Assembly: GCA_035946335.1 (NCBI GenBank)
Contig: DASYZL010000011.1
Span: 3,569 to 67,568, forward strand
DNA length: 64,000 nucleotides
Direction of reading: 5' to 3'
DNA from: Patescibacteria group bacterium
Lineage (GTDB): Bacteria > Patescibacteriota > Microgenomatia > Levybacterales > UBA12049
In this document: one piece after another, positions 1 through 11,418 of the stretch
Layout of the letters: each line of letters begins with the position of its first letter
Position numbering within the stretch: position 1 is the first letter of the stretch
Notes under the pieces: generated by a model
Told to the model about the DNA's origin: nothing
Database searches by the model: none
Seen by the model: the letters and a program-made list of their open reading frames with translations, nothing else
Translations under genes and position numbers: made by a program

Positions 1-83
1 TACGCAAGTATTTCAGTGGTTGCTACAGGATATATTCCAAAGTTTTGTTAAAACGGAGTGACATTGTACAATAGAGATGTTCT

Positions 84-743
84 ATGATACTTCTCGGATT
101 ATGCATTGCCCTTATCATTGTGTTATTTTTACTCTCCAGAGAAGTTTCGCGTTCGCTTGCTACACTTTTTTTCCGGTTGACAAAAAATGAGAAAATTACC
201 TTGTTTCTGTTATCGGTTATCCTCTTACCGGGAGTTGTTGTTCATGAACTTTCTCATCTTCTGACGGCACATCTTCTCTTTGTCAAAGCAGGTAAAATGG
301 AGTTTTTTCCGCAGGTTCAAGGAGAACACATAAAACTGGGGAGTGTTGCCGTGGCAAGATCAGATCCCTTGCGAAAACTTTTCATTGGCGTCTCTCCGCT
401 GTTATTTGGGATCAGCTTGCTCTTCGCTCTTTCTTTTTTTCTTTCTCCTTTTTCTCACACATTTTCCTGGCAAATGTTGCTTTTTGTGTATACACTTTTT
501 GAAGTAGGGAATACCATGTTTTCCAGTAAGAAAGATATGGAAGGCGCAAGGACGCTCCTGTTCCTGCTGGTAATTGGTTTTTTGCTTCTTATTTTCTTTA
601 GCGTTTCAGTGAGACAGCAGGTATTCCAGTTGGTTGGAGCGCCGTTTATGCAGCAAGTGCTGTTGCAGCTTGATAGTATTCTTTTTTGCGTCGTTGTTCT
701 TGACGCCGCGTTCTTTCTCCTGGCAAAGTATTCCCTTCGATAG
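84..743 (+). CDS. Membrane protein with HExxH motif (M50-like zinc metallopeptidase)
   Basis: Multi-TM 219 aa ORF with PGVVVHELSH. Confidence 0.6.
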   Translation: MILLGLCIALIIVLFLLSREVSRSLATLFFRLTKNEKITLFLLSVILLPGVVVHELSHLLTAHLLFVKAGKMEFFPQVQGEHIKLGSVAVARSDPLRKLFIGVSPLLFGISLLFALSFFLSPFSHTFSWQMLLFVYTLFEVGNTMFSSKKDMEGARTLLFLLVIGFLLLIFFSVSVRQQVFQLVGAPFMQQVLLQLDSILFCVVVLDAAFFLLAKYSLR

Positions 744-751
744 AAAGGAAA

Positions 752-1120
752 TTATGAGCATGAACCGATGCCAAACGCCCTGATACACGAAACGCCGGTA
801 ATGTCGGCAATGAACCCGACAACAAAAAAAGCCAAAAGAACGATAACCAGGCCGATAATGACATACGTTACCGCTTTTTGCGCTTCTTCTATTTTCTTAC
901 TGTCTCCGGCAGCTGTTATGTATCGCATGCCTGCAAAAATGAGAAGAATAACAGCGAGTATACCTACCAGGCCGAGTGCGGCATTAATGAGGAGCTGATA
1001 GAGGACTGGAAGGCACTGAAATGTTGCCACTGCTGATGTTGCTGGTTGTCCAGGGATAAGATACAGACAGCTACCCCAGTTCATATATACTAGCGTAACA
1101 AAGGAAAAAATAAAAAGCAA
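752..1120 (-). CDS. CPR-type pilin (TrbC/VirB2-like)
   Basis: Two hydrophobic helices around GMRYITAAGDSKKIEEAQKAVTYVIIGL; terminal Cys. Confidence 0.75.
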   Translation of the reverse strand: MLFIFSFVTLVYMNWGSCLYLIPGQPATSAVATFQCLPVLYQLLINAALGLVGILAVILLIFAGMRYITAAGDSKKIEEAQKAVTYVIIGLVIVLLAFFVVGFIADITGVSCIRAFGIGSCS

Positions 1121-1132
1121 ACAGCAAGTGTT

Positions 1133-1522
1133 TTATAGATGGGGAAGGGTGAAATTACCCAGTGAAGTTGCGCCATTGGTGAAGAATTGTAGAGCAACAT
1201 TCACAACAAGATAGGAAAGGAAGATAATAACAAGCCCAATGATTGCAGCGACAATATGATGCTGCGCTGTTTCAACTGCTTTTTCATCTCCACCTGACAT
1301 TAACCACTTTATTCCTCCCCAGACAAGATAAAAAAGCGCAATAATTCCGGTTATAACAAAAACAAAGGTAATTGCAGTTCCCACGACATGTCCTAGTTGT
1401 GATGCTTGAAAACAAAGCGCATTAAAACCACCACCGGTTGGACAAGTAGAATCTGCGAAGGCAGAGGAAGTTGCAGAAAGAAATATTGCTGCTGTAGTAA
1501 GAGGAATTACTATTTTTCTCAT
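1133..1522 (-). CDS. CPR-type pilin (TrbC/VirB2-like) with signal peptide
   Basis: Signal peptide ending AFA; GGIKWLMSGGDEKAVETAQHHIVAAIIGL motif. Confidence 0.8.
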   Translation of the reverse strand: MRKIVIPLTTAAIFLSATSSAFADSTCPTGGGFNALCFQASQLGHVVGTAITFVFVITGIIALFYLVWGGIKWLMSGGDEKAVETAQHHIVAAIIGLVIIFLSYLVVNVALQFFTNGATSLGNFTLPHL

Positions 1523-1530
1523 ATAAATTT

Positions 1531-1594
1531 ATCGTAGAGAGCTTTTTTACATTTGTCAAGGCCCTTGACAAAAAAAGGGTGTTTTTGGTATAAC
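1531..1594. promoter_or_regulatory. Back-to-back sigma70 promoters for pilins (-) and groES (+)
   Basis: Minus: TTGACA (1554-1559)-17-TACGAT (1531-1536). Plus: TTGACA (1565-1570)-18-TATAAC (1589-1594) with extended TG. Confidence 0.7.
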
Positions 1595-1650
1595 ATAGCA
1601 ATCAATTATTCACAAAGTGATTATTTTTTATTCTGCCCGCAAAGATTTCT

Positions 1651-1938
1651 ATGAAAGTGACACCATTATTTGATAACATACTGATTGAACCGGAACAGGC
1701 AGAGGAGAAAACTGCTTCAGGTATTATTCTGCCTGATACCGCAAAAGAAAAACCACAGATCGGAAAGGTGGTTGCGGTAGGAAAAGGAAAGACAAACAAA
1801 AAGGGAGAACTTATGCCAATGGCAGTAAAAGCAGGAGATAAAGTCATGTACAAGAAATGGGGAGGCAATGAAGTGAAAGTTAATGGAAAAGAAATGACAT
1901 TAGTAAGTCAGGAAGATGTTCTGGCAATTGTAGGATAA
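1651..1938 (+). CDS. groES: Co-chaperonin GroES
   Basis: PLFDNILIE...TASGIILPDTAKEKPQ; directly upstream of groEL. Confidence 0.97.
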   Translation: MKVTPLFDNILIEPEQAEEKTASGIILPDTAKEKPQIGKVVAVGKGKTNKKGELMPMAVKAGDKVMYKKWGGNEVKVNGKEMTLVSQEDVLAIVG

Positions 1939-1941
1939 ACT

Positions 1942-3573
<1,632 letters not shown>

Positions 3574-3738
3574 CGGATACCTCTACCTGATCCATCCACC
3601 TCATCTTTTACCAACACTTTATTCACATAAATAGTTGCAAAGAGTTACGTAGTTGTCATGCGTGTTCTCATTCGTTTAGAATAGAAACAACTCTGTTTAT
3701 AGTCAATAGTTTGCAGGTTGGGAAGGTAAAGTGAGCAT

Positions 3739-4212
3739 ATGAAATACTTTGCATACGGGTCGAACATGGACCCGCAGCAAATGAAAGAGAGAAAAGTAGC
3801 GTTTACCGAACGAATTGCCGCAACGCTCATTGGTTATGAGTTACGATTTCACAGGAAATGGAAAAAGTATCCTGGGTATTGCGTGGCGAATATTGTGCCC
3901 AAGCTGCAAGGCATCGTGGAAGGCGCTTTATATACCATCCCGGACAATAATATTGCAAAATTGGATGTGTATGAAGGATATCCCCGTGAATACAGCAGGA
4001 AGGATGTGCGAGTCACGCTGCACGATCATTCTGAGGTTTCCACTGTTGTATACATTTCAAATCCAAAACAGATACAGGAAAACTTACCAATACACACCGA
4101 TTATCTCAGTCATGTACTTGAGGGTAAGGATATTGTTTCAAATACATATTTTGAGTTTTTGGAATCGTTTCGAGCAAGAATAGGATCAGAAGAAAATGCT
4201 ACTATTTCTTAG
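3739..4212 (+). CDS. Gamma-glutamylcyclotransferase (AIG2-like) family protein
   Basis: YFAYGSNM and LDVYEG motifs. Confidence 0.85.
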   Translation: MKYFAYGSNMDPQQMKERKVAFTERIAATLIGYELRFHRKWKKYPGYCVANIVPKLQGIVEGALYTIPDNNIAKLDVYEGYPREYSRKDVRVTLHDHSEVSTVVYISNPKQIQENLPIHTDYLSHVLEGKDIVSNTYFEFLESFRARIGSEENATIS

Positions 4213-4338
4213 CATGTTTAAAATATTCCACTTGGCGTAGTCGTTTCTTTGCTTCCTCCTTTGTTGTATAAGGGCCACCGAGGTTTCTTCCTGTTTTTTC
4301 TGAGAGAACGTAGTATCCATTTTTTTCTTTACAATCAT
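4202..4338 (-). pseudogene. Small basic 45-aa protein gene, one base short in an A7 tract
   Basis: TATAAT-6nt-ATG; adding one A gives MIVKKKNGYYVLSEKTGRNLGGPYTTKEEAKKRLRQVEYFKHAKK*; span 137 nt versus 138 needed; absent from the ORF track. Confidence 0.65.
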
Positions 4339-4439
4339 ATTAGTATTATATACCGATCATGCAATTGATTGACATATTTATTTGATTGAGAAAATATTTC
4401 TTCAGAAAACGCTTTATGCTATAGTGAGATGTATCAGCT

Positions 4440-5279
4440 ATGAAAAAACTGCTCCTGTTTCTTCTTCCTGTGGTTATCGCGACAGGCCTTTTTATTGCAT
4501 ATATTACCTTTATTGCAAAGGATAACGGGAAAGGAGCGTTACAGGTGACGTCAGTACCGGTAAGCAGTGTGTATCTGAATGGAACATTTATCGGCAAAAC
4601 ACCGCTTTGCAAATGCGATGCGTTATCAACTATTCCTGTTGGTGATTATGCACTTCGTGTTGTGCCGGTTGATGCATCCTTTGCCCAGGAAGCATTCGCG
4701 CAACACATAATCATTGCGAAAGGCGTACTCACTGTTATTGACAGAACGTTTGGTGTTGGTCCAACGTCGCAAGGGAGTATCATTGCTTTGTCTCCCATAA
4801 CAGATAGCACTGTTGCCCAACTGGCTCTATCGTCGATTCCAACCGGCGTTGCTGTTTCGCTTGACGGGAATACAGTTGGTAATACACCCCTCACCGTGTC
4901 TCACGTCATTGAATCCGATCATGATGTGTTATTCAGTAAAAGTGGATATAAACTAAAAGATATTCCAGTGCATACCAGAAACGGATACAAACTTTCTGTT
5001 GTCGCGTATCTAGCAATTGATCCTACTGCAATCGCATCTGCGTCTGCATCTACTGCCAGTAGTTCCGCGTCACAATCTGTGCAAAAAGTCATTATTCTTG
5101 ACACGCCAACAGGGTTTTTACGGGTGAGAAGCGAACCAAGCCTCGGCGGTACTGAAGTGGCGCAGGTAAAGCCGGGTGAAACCTACACACTGTTAAATGA
5201 GCAAGACGGATGGTATGAAATAAAGTTGTCCGATACGCAAACAGGGTGGGTAAACAGTACCTATGCGAGCAAACAGTGA
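4440..5279 (+). CDS. PEGA-domain and C-terminal SH3 (SH3_3-like) protein with N-terminal anchor
   Basis: Two PEGA-like repeats (LQVTSVP..VYLNG..IGKTP; LSSIP..VSLDG..VGNTP); LRVRSEPS...GWV. Confidence 0.85.
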   Translation: MKKLLLFLLPVVIATGLFIAYITFIAKDNGKGALQVTSVPVSSVYLNGTFIGKTPLCKCDALSTIPVGDYALRVVPVDASFAQEAFAQHIIIAKGVLTVIDRTFGVGPTSQGSIIALSPITDSTVAQLALSSIPTGVAVSLDGNTVGNTPLTVSHVIESDHDVLFSKSGYKLKDIPVHTRNGYKLSVVAYLAIDPTAIASASASTASSSASQSVQKVIILDTPTGFLRVRSEPSLGGTEVAQVKPGETYTLLNEQDGWYEIKLSDTQTGWVNSTYASKQ

Positions 5280-5312
5280 CTATACGTATCATGCGCTCAT
5301 AATATTCCCTTG

Positions 5313-5335
5313 ACATAGTACATTGTGTACTATGT
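5313..5335. repeat. Perfect 10-bp inverted repeat overlapping TTGACA (operator-like)
   Basis: ACATAGTACA-ttg-TGTACTATGT; TTGACA at 5310-5315. Confidence 0.6.
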
Positions 5336-5447
5336 ACCTTGAAACTATATTACGTCAAAAGAGGTACGATGTATCTCATCTTCTGCAGTAAAAAAAGGAG
5401 GTGAAAATCTAAGATCGACCAACTCGCGTAGCTGATCCTCGAAATGA

Positions 5448-5486
5448 AGTTTGAAACATTCGTGCTTGGTCCGAATGTTTCAAACT
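5448..5486. terminator. 15-bp perfect hairpin (terminator or sRNA stem)
   Basis: AGTTTGAAACATTCG-9nt-CGAATGTTTCAAACT between convergent genes; no clear U tract. Confidence 0.5.
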
Positions 5487-5567
5487 GTTACAAATGAGCT
5501 TGGTTTACGATATGTGTTGAGACTCAAAATTAAGTTAATCACTCCATGAGGGAAAGAAACTCTAGCT

Positions 5568-5939
5568 TTAATAAAGGTGTGAAAGCTGAGAAAACGTTAT
5601 GACAATAAGAAGAAAACCTAATGTAATACCACAAGTAATCAAAACTGAATCTAGCACAAACATATGCTGATACAAACGCTTTGAAATATTGATGAAGAAA
5701 AAGAAAATAAGCATTCCCCCAAGAAACACTTGTGCTATTGCTGCTATGGAAAACAAAATAATGACTAAAAATGCATACCAAGTCATTGTAGTATCGCTTT
5801 TCCAGGGAAAAAATAAAGGTAAAGTCAAGTATCCTTCAAAAATACCTAATGATATTGAGCATAAAGCTAATAACAGACTACCAAACGGTCTCTCAATTGT
5901 ATTTTTCCACTTTTGTTTCGTATCACTACTATGACGCAT
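5568..5939 (-). CDS. Hypothetical membrane protein
   Basis: 123 aa, about three hydrophobic segments, AT-rich. Confidence 0.5.
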   Translation of the reverse strand: MRHSSDTKQKWKNTIERPFGSLLLALCSISLGIFEGYLTLPLFFPWKSDTTMTWYAFLVIILFSIAAIAQVFLGGMLIFFFFINISKRLYQHMFVLDSVLITCGITLGFLLIVITFSQLSHLY

Positions 5940-6093
5940 TTTCTTAACAGACGCAACAAGAAATTGCTTAGGTCGGTTTTGCGATAATCCGCAGAATTAC
6001 ATTTGACAAGCAACTTCTTTTCTGAAATGCCTATCAAGGTAAAATTATGAGAAAATATATACCAGATGAGTTATATTTTATCTTCCATCATGC

Positions 6094-7050
6094 TTAGCTC
6101 GCGCCGGTTATGTAAATAATTACGACAACTAACAGCATCCAGATGATAACTGAAGCTAAGAGTGGTATATCTGATAACAGCACTTTTTCAGGGCTCTCGC
6201 CTTCATGTTTTTCGTAGATATCCTGTAAGTACCGCATAAGTCCGTAAACAACAGGGATTATCGTGACCATAAGCCATTTGCGCTGGAATGCCGGAGGAAG
6301 GAAGTCAGGAAGAAATATGCTGAGGTTTAATTTCAGCCCTTGCGGATTTTCCAGAAAAGTGAAGAGTGAATAAAAAATAACTGCAGCGGTTGCAAAAATT
6401 GCCGCGTAAACGTCAAGTAATCGTTCAGAATAATGAGAAAGCGTTGCGCGTGTTGCTTCTTTGTCCACACCGGGAATGTGAGAAATAAGGGTAAGCTCTG
6501 ATCTTCGTTTGCCGACACCCAGAAACAGGGAAAGTGCGACCGTTGCCAGAACAAGCCAAACAGAAATATGGAATCCGCTTGCCACTTCTCCGGCATATAC
6601 CCGTAGGATGTAGCCGGTTGCCAGCGTCAGAATATCAAGCACTGCAATGTTTTTGAATTTCATAGAATAAAGCAGTTGTAGCGCGAGGTAGACAAGAGCT
6701 AAGAGAAAAAACCCTTTTCCGATCAGAAGACCTCCTGCTAAAGAGCAAATAGTCAAGATAAAGAATAAAACCAGGGCATACGGAATACTCAGATCTTTGT
6801 GCGCCAAAGGACGAAAGCGTTTAAAGGGATGCATCCGGTCTTTTTCAATATCAAAAATATCATTAATCACGTAAATTGCAGATGAAAGTCCACAAAAGAT
6901 AAAGAATGCAAGCCATACCTGTCCCAGAACGGGAATATTAAACAGCTGTCCGGTAAATATGATTGCACCAAAAACAGCGAAATTTTTAATCCACTGTTTT
7001 GGACGAAGCAATTTGAGTGTTTTAATGAATACGTTTTTCATTGTTTGCAT
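6094..7050 (-). CDS. UbiA-family prenyltransferase (decaprenyl-phosphate phosphoribosyltransferase-like)
   Basis: LRPKQWIKN, YVINDIFDIEKDRMHPFKRFRP, GKRRSEL. Confidence 0.88.
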   Translation of the reverse strand: MQTMKNVFIKTLKLLRPKQWIKNFAVFGAIIFTGQLFNIPVLGQVWLAFFIFCGLSSAIYVINDIFDIEKDRMHPFKRFRPLAHKDLSIPYALVLFFILTICSLAGGLLIGKGFFLLALVYLALQLLYSMKFKNIAVLDILTLATGYILRVYAGEVASGFHISVWLVLATVALSLFLGVGKRRSELTLISHIPGVDKEATRATLSHYSERLLDVYAAIFATAAVIFYSLFTFLENPQGLKLNLSIFLPDFLPPAFQRKWLMVTIIPVVYGLMRYLQDIYEKHEGESPEKVLLSDIPLLASVIIWMLLVVVIIYITGAS

Positions 7051-8083
7051 CTGTTAGCTTGAGGAGAAAAAAGAGTATGCCACTGCATACAACAATAAGC
7101 ATGAGAATGGCTAACGCCTTTTCCCTACTGGAAAGCGCAAGTGCAATCATACCCAATACAGCTGAGAAAAACCAGTAGGTAAGAGCAATGCGACGCTGCC
7201 CGAATCCGATTTTCAGTAAAAGGTGGTGTAAATGTTTTTTGTCCCCCAGAAACGGCGACTTTCCCGAAAAAATCCTCCTAATGAGGGTAAATAACCCGTC
7301 TGTCATGGGAACTCCCATAACAAGAATTGCCGTTGCCAGTTTTGCCCCGGACAAAATGGAAGCAGCGCTAAGGAGAAGATAGATAGCAGTCGCGCCGTAT
7401 CCGGGGAAAATTTTTGCAGGATAGAAATTCCAAACCAAAAAACCAAGAGATGCACCAGTAATCAAAAAAGAAATAGTTGCGGCAATTTGCGTTTGTATAT
7501 CCGAGACTGGAAAACGAAGGCTCAACAGGCCGATAAAGAATGAAGAAATTGCAACAACACCCGGCATTTGTCCATCCACCCCTTTACTCCAGTTAAGCAT
7601 ATTCATAACCCAGACAATCCAAAAGATTGCTAGTACATCGGAAATCGGATACAGCGTGTGTGTACCAAGGAAATAGAACGAATATTTGATAAGATCAAAA
7701 TGAATGATGCCCCCAAAGGGATTAGTAATGAACGGAATACCGATGCCGCTTGCAACGACAATCCCTGCGCATAAAAAATTCACTCCGAATCGTATATAGC
7801 GGGAGATGTCGTATTTATCGTCCAGCGTGCCGATAATAAGGGCAAAAAGGGAAGCAGTAAAAAGCGCAACAGATATCTTTGTAATAGGGAGAAAAAAAAT
7901 ACCTCCTAAAACTCCCAGAAAAAGTGCGATTCCCCCTGCTCTGGGAATTGGTTTCGTGTGTATGAGTGCCGGGTGCTTATGTATTTTCGGGTCATCAATC
8001 AATCCTGTTTTTTGGGCAAATATAATCACTAGTGGCGTTGTAGCGAGGGTGATCAGGAACGAAACGAGTACAGGAAGTATCAT
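7022..8083 (-). CDS. MraY/WecA/TagO-family polyprenyl-phosphate sugar-1-phosphate transferase
   Basis: PRAGG, GTLDD, NWSKGVDG, WNFYPAKIFPG, DKKHLHH. Confidence 0.88.
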   Translation of the reverse strand: MILPVLVSFLITLATTPLVIIFAQKTGLIDDPKIHKHPALIHTKPIPRAGGIALFLGVLGGIFFLPITKISVALFTASLFALIIGTLDDKYDISRYIRFGVNFLCAGIVVASGIGIPFITNPFGGIIHFDLIKYSFYFLGTHTLYPISDVLAIFWIVWVMNMLNWSKGVDGQMPGVVAISSFFIGLLSLRFPVSDIQTQIAATISFLITGASLGFLVWNFYPAKIFPGYGATAIYLLLSAASILSGAKLATAILVMGVPMTDGLFTLIRRIFSGKSPFLGDKKHLHHLLLKIGFGQRRIALTYWFFSAVLGMIALALSSREKALAILMLIVVCSGILFFLLKLTDANNEKRIH

Positions 8084-8086
8084 ATG

Positions 8087-8440
8087 CTACAAAATAATGA
8101 GCAATAATTTTAACGTGAAAACGCAAGTAAAGAAAGCAAGGGCGATATTGGTAAGCGCAAGCATTCTACTTAACAGAACTGCCTTTTCCTTTAAGAAGAA
8201 AGCAAAACATATATTTCCTGCGAAAAAACAAACGGCAAGGCAAGGCAGGAGAAAAATCTGCCAGGATGGACCAAGGCGATCATACCCCCAGCTCATTTTG
8301 TTATACAGTGGAAGAACCGGTGGGAGGTGTTGATAAAATATGCCTAGTGTACAACCACAACAAACGAAAAACAGCATCGTGATAAGAAAGCTCCACAGTT
8401 GTATAGAATCAGAAAAAAAACGATTAGAATGCGTGTTCAT
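8087..8440 (-). CDS. Small membrane protein (DUF1648-like)
   Basis: LPPVLPLY motif between TM helices; ATG at 8440 lies within the end of the upstream gene. Confidence 0.55.
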   Translation of the reverse strand: MNTHSNRFFSDSIQLWSFLITMLFFVCCGCTLGIFYQHLPPVLPLYNKMSWGYDRLGPSWQIFLLPCLAVCFFAGNICFAFFLKEKAVLLSRMLALTNIALAFFTCVFTLKLLLIIL

Positions 8441-9920
8441 ATATAAAAACTCCGTTAATAACAAGTCGTTCCTGATATCCGTATAATGAATAGGGAAGAC
8501 TATCTTGATTGGGGAAGATAACGATAAGATCAGGTTTTGTTCTTAAGAGTACTGCTTGTGTCTCTGCGTAATTTTTCGCGGTCATCGTCATGTGATAAGC
8601 AACAATAAACCTTCCCGGTGGTAATGTATTGGTAAGCCGGTAAATTTGTCCACTGTTTCCCCAGAGAAATACACGCTGCCCTTGTTTACGGTGAGTATTG
8701 ATGTACGCGGCGATATCATAATCTCTTGGATTGACTTTGTCAAAAAACGAACGGTATGCAACAAGATTTTTATTACCCCAAGCGAATGCAAGAAAGTTTT
8801 GATAGTAACCAAACGTGTAATTGTATACAGGAAAGTTAGACAAACAAAAGGCAAAAACGACAACGCCGATAATTGCCAATAGCCCCTTCATTTTTTTACT
8901 GTTTGCAATTGTTCCAAGAAAAAGAGAAAAACTTGGTACGGCAATTAATATGTAGTGAGTATACCCTCGCCCCGAAAACAAAGCGCTGTATAATGCAAAG
9001 GCAAGCCAGAGCCATACAAACATGCCACTGTGAGAGACGTATGTACGTCTTAAGAAAAGGAAAGCGGCAAAAGTGAGGAGCAGTACTGTTTTTAATAAAA
9101 GAAATCCTTGAGGAATAACGTGGTGGGTAAAGGGAATATACACTTGATTGCCGTAGTTAACGTAGCCAACATTACTAAAGAGCGTTGCCTGGATAAATGA
9201 GCTAAATGCGTGGTTCAGGATGAAAAAAAGAGCGGTGAGAAAAATAGGAAGAACAAATCCTGCCACAATGGGAATACAATAAAAGAGTGTTTGTATCAGA
9301 TGCTTGATGTCCTCATACAGGATAATGAAAAGAAAACAGGTAAATGCTCCCATATCAAACACGCCGACAACCTTTAAGAGGAAAGAACAGCTGAGTAACA
9401 TACCTGCCAAAAAAAGCAACAGTTTCTCGTGCTGATTTCTCTTTTCAGTTACCCAGGCAACAAGGAGACCGGCAGTAACAGTCGGAAGAACCATGAAATT
9501 TTCCGCATTGGCAATGTTGCCTTCGAGGATAGGCGTTGCAAGTAAAAAGGCGTAGACAGCAGTTGTCGTGAATGCGATCGCTCGTGACTTGAATAACAGT
9601 TTACTGAGAAAAAAGAAAACCCAGATAGAAGCTACACCGATAAGAAAAGAAAAAATGCGTACCGGTTGCTGTGAACCATCAAATAATCCGTAAATAAGGT
9701 ATAAAAAAGGCGGCTTATTGTCCCAAATGCCTTGATAGAGGAAGCGTCCATGATTTAAAGCATAGCCAATGACTTCATAAATACCTTCGTCGCCATACCA
9801 GTACGGTTCGAAAAATGAAGGTAAGCGAAGGAGAAAAAAGACAAACGACAAGCAGAATAAAAACCATGTTACGGGATTTTTTTCAATACTGGTTAAATGT
9901 TTCATAAACATGCACGACAA
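8424..9920 (-). CDS. GT-C (ArnT/PMT-like) membrane glycosyltransferase
   Basis: GDEGIY, WDNKPP, multi-TM. Confidence 0.8.
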   Translation of the reverse strand: MSCMFMKHLTSIEKNPVTWFLFCLSFVFFLLRLPSFFEPYWYGDEGIYEVIGYALNHGRFLYQGIWDNKPPFLYLIYGLFDGSQQPVRIFSFLIGVASIWVFFFLSKLLFKSRAIAFTTTAVYAFLLATPILEGNIANAENFMVLPTVTAGLLVAWVTEKRNQHEKLLLFLAGMLLSCSFLLKVVGVFDMGAFTCFLFIILYEDIKHLIQTLFYCIPIVAGFVLPIFLTALFFILNHAFSSFIQATLFSNVGYVNYGNQVYIPFTHHVIPQGFLLLKTVLLLTFAAFLFLRRTYVSHSGMFVWLWLAFALYSALFSGRGYTHYILIAVPSFSLFLGTIANSKKMKGLLAIIGVVVFAFCLSNFPVYNYTFGYYQNFLAFAWGNKNLVAYRSFFDKVNPRDYDIAAYINTHRKQGQRVFLWGNSGQIYRLTNTLPPGRFIVAYHMTMTAKNYAETQAVLLRTKPDLIVIFPNQDSLPYSLYGYQERLVINGVFIYEHAF

Positions 9921-9924
9921 TGCA

Positions 9925-11418
9925 TTATAATTTTTCTGTCACTTTGTATTCAATGCGTTTTCCAAACATGAGTTGTGTGTGGGATATGATTGCGGGAAGG
10001 GTTGAAAGAAAGAATCCGACCACAGGGAGCAAGACAAATTCCAAAGGGAAGAGAAATTGCTTCAGTTTCGAGCCCTGCTGTTGCATAGGACGATTGCGAA
10101 AATCTATGACGATCATCATGAGTGTTGCAAACAGGCACGACGTCAGAATAAATCCGGCAAGTTGCGGCAGTTTATAGCCAAGGGCAGTACGGGTAAACGC
10201 TGGATTGACAAATGGAATGACGTTTGCCGCAATCGTAATAATAAACCAGTTGACTGGCCAGAGAAAATGGTCCAGGAGAACATGGTACAATAGCAGTGTT
10301 TTTCTCCAGAACGGAACATCAGGAACAGTAAAGTACCATCGGATAAAAAGCGGATCGTCAGAGACACCCCATGACCATCGCCGTTCCTGATCGTATTTGT
10401 TTTTGAGGCTTCTCATATATGTTGCTGAGAGTGGTGCATCCATAGATGTCTTTAACAGAATCGGTTCAACAGTTGTTTGTCCTTTTTGCGCAAAAAATGC
10501 TTTAAAAAAAATGCGGTAATCTTCCGGAATAACATCGGTATCCCAAAAACCAATATCTACAAGCATCTTAAAAGACAAAGAATAGGTTGAGTTGGAAACA
10601 AGGCGGTCTTTTTGTATCAATAATCCTGTTCGCCAGAGTGAACCGAAGAATGAAATGACTCTGACAGGAGCTGGTACCTGCCAGAAGTTATTATACGTGA
10701 CATTTGCTGATTGCCAGAACTTTGTATACCGTTTCGTATCTTGCAGGAATGCATAGCTCAGGTAGGCAAAATATTGATGGTCAAAAATTGAATCAGCATC
10801 AACTGAGGAAATCGTCGCAAAGGCAAGATCGATTTTTTTCGTTTGCACCAGTTCTTTATAGACAATTTTTGCTCCATACGATTCATTGGAAGATTTCCCT
10901 TTGACTTCCCCGGGAATATCGGGATGATATGTTGCTAAAACCGCGCCAAATTGGTTGTTGAATTCTTTTATGAGTGCCTGTGCTTTCGTGTGAGCATCTT
11001 CTTCTCGTTGTTCCATGGCAAGTACAATATACAGGCGTTTGTGTGGAAATGTTTGATGGGTAAGTGCGAGCAGTGTTTCCTGAAGTTTCGTAAGGTGCTC
11101 TTTGTAGTTGGGAATAACAATAACATGCGTCATTTTTTCAAAATCAGGAAGTTTCTCCGCTTTTACCAGCCAATTTACTTTTTCTGCCTGCTTTATTCTA
11201 TTCGTTGCGAGAAACGAATAAATGGCAAGGGAGAATGATTTATAAAACCAGTACAAATCAAAAAAGAGTATAAAAAAACTCAGAAAAAGCGGAACAAAAA
11301 GCGACCCCCAAATAGGAAAAAGGATAAGTGTCCACGAGACAACTCCCGGCAATAATTCAAGAAACCTGCGAGTTTTTATCGGATACCTGCTAAAAATATG
11401 TTGAAAAAAATGCATCAT
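9925..11418 (-). CDS. Membrane GT2 glycosyltransferase with processive-type motifs
   Basis: DADS, PEDY, QERRW; flanking TM helices. Confidence 0.85.
   Translation of the reverse strand: MMHFFQHIFSRYPIKTRRFLELLPGVVSWTLILFPIWGSLFVPLFLSFFILFFDLYWFYKSFSLAIYSFLATNRIKQAEKVNWLVKAEKLPDFEKMTHVIVIPNYKEHLTKLQETLLALTHQTFPHKRLYIVLAMEQREEDAHTKAQALIKEFNNQFGAVLATYHPDIPGEVKGKSSNESYGAKIVYKELVQTKKIDLAFATISSVDADSIFDHQYFAYLSYAFLQDTKRYTKFWQSANVTYNNFWQVPAPVRVISFFGSLWRTGLLIQKDRLVSNSTYSLSFKMLVDIGFWDTDVIPEDYRIFFKAFFAQKGQTTVEPILLKTSMDAPLSATYMRSLKNKYDQERRWSWGVSDDPLFIRWYFTVPDVPFWRKTLLLYHVLLDHFLWPVNWFIITIAANVIPFVNPAFTRTALGYKLPQLAGFILTSCLFATLMMIVIDFRNRPMQQQGSKLKQFLFPLEFVLLPVVGFFLSTLPAIISHTQLMFGKRIEYKVTEKL

Noticed and set aside
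4429-4443. Mini-ORF MYQL* overlapping the PEGA gene start (ATGA)
   Set aside because: Its ATG is only 3 nt from the -10 box, upstream of the expected TSS
7806-8333. 175-aa plus-strand ORF and the many other short ORFs overlapping called genes
   Set aside because: Antisense or alternate-frame shadows of well-supported CDSs
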